Of a DNA stretch of 64,000 nucleotides, positions 55,130-64,000 are shown in pieces. The translations under genes were made by a program, and so were the position numbers. The notes beneath the pieces were generated by a model, which did not search any database, had not been told where the DNA came from, and saw only the letters and a program-made list of their open reading frames with translations. The DNA is taken from NCBI GenBank assembly GCA_030141605.1, contig JAQGDQ010000065.1:186001-250000 (forward strand), read 5' to 3'. The stretch comes from Tubiluchus corallicola (lineage: Eukaryota; Animalia; Priapulida). Each line of letters opens with the position of its first letter. The first letter of the stretch is position 1.

Positions 55130-55960
55130 GTTCGTGTTCGAAAATTTAAGTCCTCTCGATGTCATTCCTCCCCTGTGGTGCTGCCATTGATGACTTAGGA
55201 GAACAATTTTTGCTTGAGATATTCAGTTACACAGATGACATTCGAGAGTTCGTCGGATGCACGGTTGAGCTTGTTATTTCCTCCTTTTACTTTCGAAATG
55301 CTGGGTTATGTTGTGTACTGTCTGATAAGGATATAAACATATAGGGACTCTGATCTGATCTTAATGCCTTTGAGCTTGATTTTCGAATGTTTCAGCTTTG
55401 ATGCCTCTTTGTTTTGCTTGTTAGAGCGCTTTACCGGTCTTTGTAGCGACAAAGAAAGCATCTTCGTTTTCTTTTGCAGCTTCTAGTTGTCAATTTATTA
55501 ATTAAACAGAATTTGATAAAGAAGCTCTGTCTCGCTCCAATGGAGACAGTGTTTCGTAATCATTTACTAGATGCTCTTGATTTTGCCTCTCTCGAGCACG
55601 GCAATGTTGTCTTATTTATGTTGATGACGTACTGGCATTTGATGTACAAGAATGAGCGAAGCTGTTGCTTATTGAAAGGTTCGAATTTTTTGATGTCGCG
55701 ATAATAAAGAGTCCAATTCTGCGGCTACAAGGCAAAATTGAGATGATGACAGTGTCATCATTTCGCAAGTTCTTGAGGTGCTCGTTACTTCCACGCCTTT
55801 TTGCTGGTGTATTTGCTGGACAGCAGGTTTCTCATGTAAAAAAAGTGGACCACTTTGTTAAGCCGCGTGTCAGAGATGCTGATGTTGCATCTATCGCCAA
55901 TAAAGCAATTAACTCGCCTGCTTACTTGAATTGTTTGTTTAATTTAATTCGTTGACTAAC
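55130..55960 (-). mobile_element. Decayed LINE ORF2 fragment (tentative)
   Basis: K/R-rich broken minus-strand frames with an APQG motif near 55175-55186; no splice structure. Confidence 0.35.
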
Positions 55961-57031
55961 GTCGTTCTATGGATCTGCAGAAAGCCTAGGTATATTACAA
56001 AGTATATAAAAAAAGTTAGGTTCAACACGGATTATGTTCATTTCACAGTTTGCCAAAGTCACTTTACGCTTTCTGTGTAGATCCTAAGTATTGTGTACGT
56101 CTAGATAAAGTATGAAAAGGCGTCAAAAGCAGCTTGCCTTGAAGTATTATATAAAATGCATAGAATTTTATAAAATGTCTAAATTTTATGCATTTTATAA
56201 CATCATTATCTAAATACACGCAAAAATATGTAGACTTATTTAGGGTTCTGAATCAAGCGTAATTGGTAAATAGTAATGTAGAGTAAATACCAGAGAAAAT
56301 TAGCTTGCAAATTTTAGTTTTGAATATTCATATCATATAAATGAGTCAAACCCCGCAAAAAAACTATACCACATCATATTTATATTTGGCTTTATAAGGA
56401 AAACTTCTAATAGTTTGCGGGTCTTCCAACCATAAAAGCAATAACATGACGTTGTATGTTAAAAACTAATGTATCGAAACAAGAGTTTCATCATGAGGAT
56501 CATCTGCTAAAAAGAAAGCTTATCAGTAAATTAAAACATTCTTATGGTTCGGCAGGTAAACAATATTGTGTGTAACGTGGCTGACAACTCCAAATAGTAG
56601 AGCTGGCGAGTCCTCGTGCTGTACATTTTCTTGCACGAGGAAGCTCTTTAAAAAATCGGACAAAGACTGATTAATCAGCGAGACATCTACTATAAAATTT
56701 GTGGAAGCTTGGCTTTTTAATTGTCCGACATAATGCACCAACTGCACAATGTATTCGTTATGTAAAAGTACCAGTAATGCATCTGAGCTGGAAAGGAGTA
56801 ATTCTAACTAAGGAGCAAATCTAAAGGAGAGATTAGACAAAAATAACATAAAAATGAACATTAAAAATCCACAATTTACATTATCGAACTCTCTACATGG
56901 CAAGTCCAGTTTAATCTTGAAACTCGGAAAAGCACGGTTGATAGCCACTCGTTTCTCAGAATGAGTTTTTTTGTACGAACGTTTTCAACCCCAGTTCAGT
57001 TTTATAATGTTCCAAATTTTAATTACGATAG

Positions 57032-57207
57032 GTGTGGTTTTCAAACAGGAGAGCAAAATGGCGGCGAGAGGAAAAAATGAGAAGTCAACGTAGATCTCAG
57101 GATAATTTTGTTGGAACACCAGCCAGTGTTATTGGCAGTCGTGTTCCTATCCAGACACACACGGCCGTGTATCCTAGTATTAGCCAGCCTTCTCTAGATA
57201 CATATAG
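57032..57207 (+). CDS. Pax6: Pax6 exon 7, homeodomain helix 3 and PST start ([21 protein letters not shown]...SLDTY)
   Basis: gatag acceptor, AG|GTGAGT donor (phase 2); S50 homeodomain. Confidence 0.97.
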
Positions 57208-57294
57208 GTGAGTAGTTCACGTAAAATGAAAGACAAAAGAATAAACAACAACAACAACAACAAAAACAGAAGTATCAAGTATATAGAAGTCTTC

Positions 57295-59284
<1,990 letters not shown>

Positions 59285-59296
<12 letters not shown>

Positions 59297-59368
59297 GCCA
59301 CTGGGGGGGGGGGCAAGCCAGCCCAACTCAGTGCCGGTCCCAAGCCCGGATAAATAGGGAGAGTTAGG
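59285..59368 (+). ncRNA. Twister self-cleaving ribozyme (type P1, with P3 stem)
   Basis: AA-CCTA-GC-[P3]-GCCGG-TCCC-AAGC-CCGG-ATAAA-TAGG-GAGAG matches the twister layout UAA-P2-GC..GCCGGUCCCAAGCCCGGAUAAA-P2'-GAGGG; P2 CCTA/TAGG and P4 CCGG/CCGG pair. Confidence 0.85.
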
Positions 59369-59766
59369 GTCAGGAAGGGCATTCGCCTGTAAAAACTGCG
59401 CCAAAACCTTCTATGAATGAGTCGGTGAGACTTAAATCGAAAGTCCACAAAGAAGTGGTCAGACTCGCTCTAATCTAAAGAAGACCGAAGAGAAGAAAAT
59501 GGGTGTGGTGGAGATGAGGATGTTGAGATGAATGGTGGGAATAACAAGAAGAGATAAATTAGAAATAATAATATCAGAGGAACAGTAAAAGTAGTGGAAG
59601 CCTCGCAAGATTGCGATGGTATGGACACCTGAAAAGAAGAGTCGGTGAAGATCTTGTGGGAATTGAAGACATAAATGAAGAGATGGCCAACAACAGGAAT
59701 GCGCGGAGAAGACTCATTCACAACGGCGACCCCGAATAGGGAAAAGCTGGGAAGAAGAAGAAGAAG
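59291..59766 (+). mobile_element. Non-autonomous, internally deleted RTE retroelement (476 bp)
   Basis: 17-bp TSD attgtcctatatcaaac (59274-59290, 59767-59783); ORF2 C-terminal relic VVEMRMLR..GITRRDK..RLRWYGHLKRR..RRLIHNGDP; (GAA)n tail. Confidence 0.92.
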
Positions 59767-59988
59767 ATTGTCCTATATCAAACTATAGGACATGGCAAAA
59801 GACTAGACTAGACGAACAAAACAACGGCATCAATCATTTATTAAGCCTGTGATTTTGCTTTGATACTGATATTTCCACGTTTTTGTTACTTCCACGTCAG
59901 TGTTTCATTATGTTTGCATTCTGATACATTGACTCCTTTTACGGAAATGCGAATATTACAGAGAATATAAGTATTACTTTCATTGCAG

Positions 59989-60203
59989 TTCCATGTCACA
60001 GATGTCCATGTATGGTGGCAGCAGTAGCTCATTCTCACCACGAGATGGTGGTTCATATTCATGTATGTTGCCAGCTGCTCCGCGTGGTTATGAATCTTTA
60101 AGTTTAGGCAACTACAATAGAACCAGTACCATGGCTACAACTCCTACAATGATACAGAATCCGCTGAGTGGACATCCCTCAGCCAGCGCCAGTACACAAC
60201 AAG
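59989..60203 (+). CDS. Pax6: Pax6 exon 8, PST domain (SMSQMSMYGG...SYSCMLP...ASTQQ)
   Basis: ttgcag acceptor, phase-2 entry, conserved SYSCMLP, donor AAG|GTTTGT (phase 1). Confidence 0.93.
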
Positions 60204-61616
60204 GTTTGTGATATCGTAAACGTACCAGTAGTTTGGGGGTCATAGCTGGGACAGAAATTTGTAGTTCTTTTTCTCTTCCAGCAGTTTATTCTCTTCGTTT
60301 TCTGTGGGTGCACCTTGCAAGTTTATGAAGAAGAAAGTGTAGGTGTTGTGACATCTTGATCAAATCTGGGGAAAAGCGCTTTTTATGTAGTCTACTTGAT
60401 AGCATTGTTATACTGATGCACCGTATTTTGGAAGCATCCAAGAGCGCTCAGGCAGTTTTTTGCGTTCTGGAAAAAAACAACTTATTTTGGGTGAAATAAA
60501 TAAGTACTGTAATTGCAGTGTTTTCATAGACCTTGATTCCATTGTATCGTTGCGTAAAAGATAATTTCATCAAATTTTATTTGCAGATAATCTTCAAAAA
60601 GAATTTATTTGTTTATTTTCTGCATTTAATGGCATTTTGTGGATATCTGGGAGCACTTATAATTGAATTTTTACATCCTTTAACTTTTGTTTTTATGGAC
60701 TTGTAATTAAAATAATTCGAACTTCAGTCAGAGCAGTTTAGGCCATTGTAATTACCAATAATAAGATTATAAGCAAATATAATAACAGATACATGTATTG
60801 CTTTAGAACACTGCTTTACCACAGTTTAGACCATTTGTATCACTGTTTAGAACAAATAAGTAAAATATCCATCAGCAACTTAGGTTGTTAACAGATGTTT
60901 TACGTATATATTTTGTGTGGCTAAGTAAATATACATGTGTGAAAACAACTCTTAGTTTATCACTGATACAATAGCGTTGAGATTTGTTGATTCGAATCCC
61001 AACATTGGTTGGTGGTTCGTAACTGGAAAACCCAGATCCTCGGCGTTTACTCTAATAAAGAAAAGTGTAGCAGTGAATGAATGTGTGGAATATTCCACAA
61101 TCAGTAATACATGTCTAATTCATGAAATCAAAACATATTGTTATCAAAGTTTGCGTATTTAAAGTGGTTCTGGTTAATTTTTACCTTCACTGTGTTAAAG
61201 TAGAAGTGTTAAAGGAAATGTGGTCCATAAAATGCTAAATACTATAATTGGCCTCAATTTCGGTCAGCAGAGTCTCAATGTTTGAGCAATTGTTTCAAAA
61301 TTATTTGTGAATAGCACTATTACAAAAAATACAGGCCCTGGGTTATACACCACGCAATTTGTTTGTTAGAAAAGGTCCTGCTTTTTTCAGATTACTAGTT
61401 AGCACTTCGGGTCCATATAGCATGATATCAGCAGAATTCTGCACAATGAACTTGTCTTTACTGTATATTCACTTACAATCTAAACGAAGCTATATCAGTA
61501 TCAGTATAACATATAATTTCATTATTATCCCAAATTCTGAGACTTTTGTGTTAGGTGACATGAACTTGGAGGGAAACTTATGTTTGCAATTTAATGAATT
61601 TATGTTTGCATTGCAG

Positions 61617-61723
61617 GTCTCTTATCTGCAGGAGTGTCAGTTCCTGTTCCGGTAGCCGGTACATCGCCACCAGATTTTTCCAGTCAATACTGGCCTCATC
61701 ACCGACCTACACACCTCCAATAG
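61617..61723 (+). CDS. Pax6: Pax6 terminal coding exon (GLLSAGVSVPVPVAGTSPPDFSSQYWPHHRPTHLQ*)
   Basis: ttgcag acceptor; matches vertebrate [28 protein letters not shown]; TAG 61721-61723; AATAAA downstream near 61785 and 61957. Confidence 0.95.
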
Positions 61724-62849
61724 GATGTCTATTGCCCAGAGCAATTGCATTCTACAAAATAATGCTCAATGTAATCTGCGATCAAATAAATAGATTCATT
61801 TACTTCAGGAATAGTTACATTAAAAAAAGACCTTATTAAAACATTAAGCTAGTTTTTGTCTTTATAAATGAAGCACAATTATTACGATGTTTCACACTTT
61901 CAGTGTCATTGCAAGAGTGGATTTTAGCTTGGCTTCTCAAGTCCACAACTACTCAAAATAAAAAATGATTTAATTACCGTGCTTAGTATGCAATATTCAC
62001 ATTGGATGGTTCAAGTACAGGCTTGAACGCGCTTAGACTCATCTAAAGTAAATCCTTTTTTACTGCTAACTGCAGAGTTGTGGAAAAGGAGAGAGAACTC
62101 ACTTCGCCTTTATTCCTGCACACACACAGTTATAGATACTTTCAAGAAATTAGACGAAATGGCACGCTTTTGTACGTGCCTAATTCACTGATTGTCTGGA
62201 CAGAATTTTTGGAAACAGGGTTTGGGAAAATACATCCCATACAAATGTAAATAGGCCTACACCACTCACTGATGAGCACCAGTGAGACAACACTACATTG
62301 AAAACTTTGATTTAAAGTAAAATTTGCAAAATTGATCTGTACTGGTAAAGGTTTAACATGGAGCTGGAAGTGCTGCAGAAACCATATAATTTACATATAT
62401 GGCTGCATGTGTGTAAGCGTATGTGCAAGCACACGCATAGCTACAATGTACACACAACTACTATTAAACTATATATTACATACATATTAACACTAATTGT
62501 AAAAAAATCTTTCTAATTATGCTGGTATATCTGTAAATTGTTTGTACTCATATGTTGTACTTGAATAACTGTAACCAAAACAATGTGCACCATTCGAGGC
62601 CTCGATTTCAACGATCATAGTTACATGTACGTTAGATTATACATTTTACTTTGAGTGTTAGAATACTTTTTGTAAAGTTTGTCAGAACAATTTCAAAATC
62701 TAATAAGTAATAACTCTAATGTGATGATTTTATTGTTGCAGCATGCAGTTATTCTAATTGCTCCAATCAGTTTGCTCAATTATGTAATCCATTTTCATAA
62801 AGTATTAAACAAATAACGATTTAACCATTTTTGAATATTGTTTGTTATT

Positions 62850-63900
62850 ATCTAAAAGTAATAAATTGCCTCAAAGCTATTTACGTGTGATTGATGTTTA
62901 TATCTGTAACAACAAAACAACATGTCTACACAATGCCTACAATTATAACCATCATGTGGAGTAACAACCACAAGGTAACGCTTGTTTTTACTAAACTAAA
63001 GGCAACAGCAGTCGATCAAATATTAGGCTTAGCCGCCCCATTTCTATCCTTCCGTCTGACACATGTATTTTAGTGTCATTACCATAATTATTGTGTAAAC
63101 GACCACACACAACACTATCATTCAAGCTGTCAACAATAAACAATTTATTACGAATGCATTTTAATTGCTCAAATTTCCACAGTGGATTACTCAGTAAAGT
63201 ATATGATTTTTTCATTTACACTAATTGATTCATAGATCCTAAAAACTGATACAATCAGTATTAATGTATTTATTATGCTCTATAAAACAACCAACTTGTA
63301 AAAAAGGCAGGATATCTAAATTTACTGATGTAGTAGTCCAGGTACGAAATGTTAGTAAATCAAGTAAATATAAATCATCATACAAATAATTTACAATAAA
63401 AATAAACAAAAATTTACATAATACGCAAGCCATAATACTTAAAAATAGCAGTTCTTATAAACAGAAAACGAAGAATATCATAAAAATTTAACAACAGAAT
63501 GACTGCAATTATAATACATTTCCAAGTTGGACTTTTATACAAATTGTAGCAAATGCTGATGGTATTAATTAAAATAAAGTATGTAACACCAGGCAGAACA
63601 TTGGACTGTGTCAGCAAATGCTGTTTTGTATAGCTTACATCAGCTGAAGGCAATTTTATAGATATATTAGCATTTAATAAATCAGTATTTCCAACAAACT
63701 TGTACAGTTCTGCCTGATTATACATACCTTATTTGAATTCAGCAACCTAACTACATAAACTTGGATGATCTTATAATGCTAATGAGCAGCAATAAAGTTA
63801 ATTATTCAAACTGGAAATTCATTAAAAACAAAGTACCAATGTCAAAATAAAGTTTTATCTGCACATACAATTTGTTTCATAAAAATATAACTTGATTCAC
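62850..63900 (-). mobile_element. Decayed CR1/L2-group LINE fragment
   Basis: Broken minus-strand frames resembling the pre-RT/RT start (FNNYF, IVDSLND..VCG). Confidence 0.45.
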
Positions 63901-64000
63901 ATTCGAGTTCTACCAAATAGTAGAAACGTGCGAGATTGTATAATGAATAATATACATTAGAGCTAGTATTTACTGCCACAGACGTATATTACAACTTTTC

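Noticed and set aside
62265-62286. CTGATGAG hairpin downstream of the Pax6 stop as a hammerhead
   Set aside because: No GAAA/UH core; just a short stem-loop

Overview
AT-rich, repeat-dense invertebrate (metazoan) genomic DNA; the organism cannot be fixed from the sequence. Two + strand protein-coding genes can be reconstructed by hand from GT-AG splice sites. (1) A small gene absent from the ORF track (CDS 9420-9517 + 12143-12323, 92 aa). It encodes a signal peptide and a C-terminal 4-Cys, Pro-amidated peptide (CSGFSC...CAADPACSP-GK*), i.e. a calcitonin-superfamily-like or 'SPamide'-like neuropeptide precursor. (2) A complete Pax6 orthologue with 9 coding exons (26207-61723, 416 aa): paired domain, S50 homeodomain and PST tail, with several exon sizes (131, 216, 83 bp) matching vertebrate PAX6. 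Non-coding highlights: a twister ribozyme forming the exact 5' end of a TSD-flanked non-autonomous RTE element on the sense strand of a Pax6 intron; a near-consensus Pax6 binding site beside a P3 homeodomain site in another Pax6 intron; a complex templated duplication; three large inverted repeats; Harbinger and Kolobok MITEs; degenerate Penelope hammerheads; 5S- and tRNA-derived SINE heads; LINE relics; and many micro- and minisatellites.
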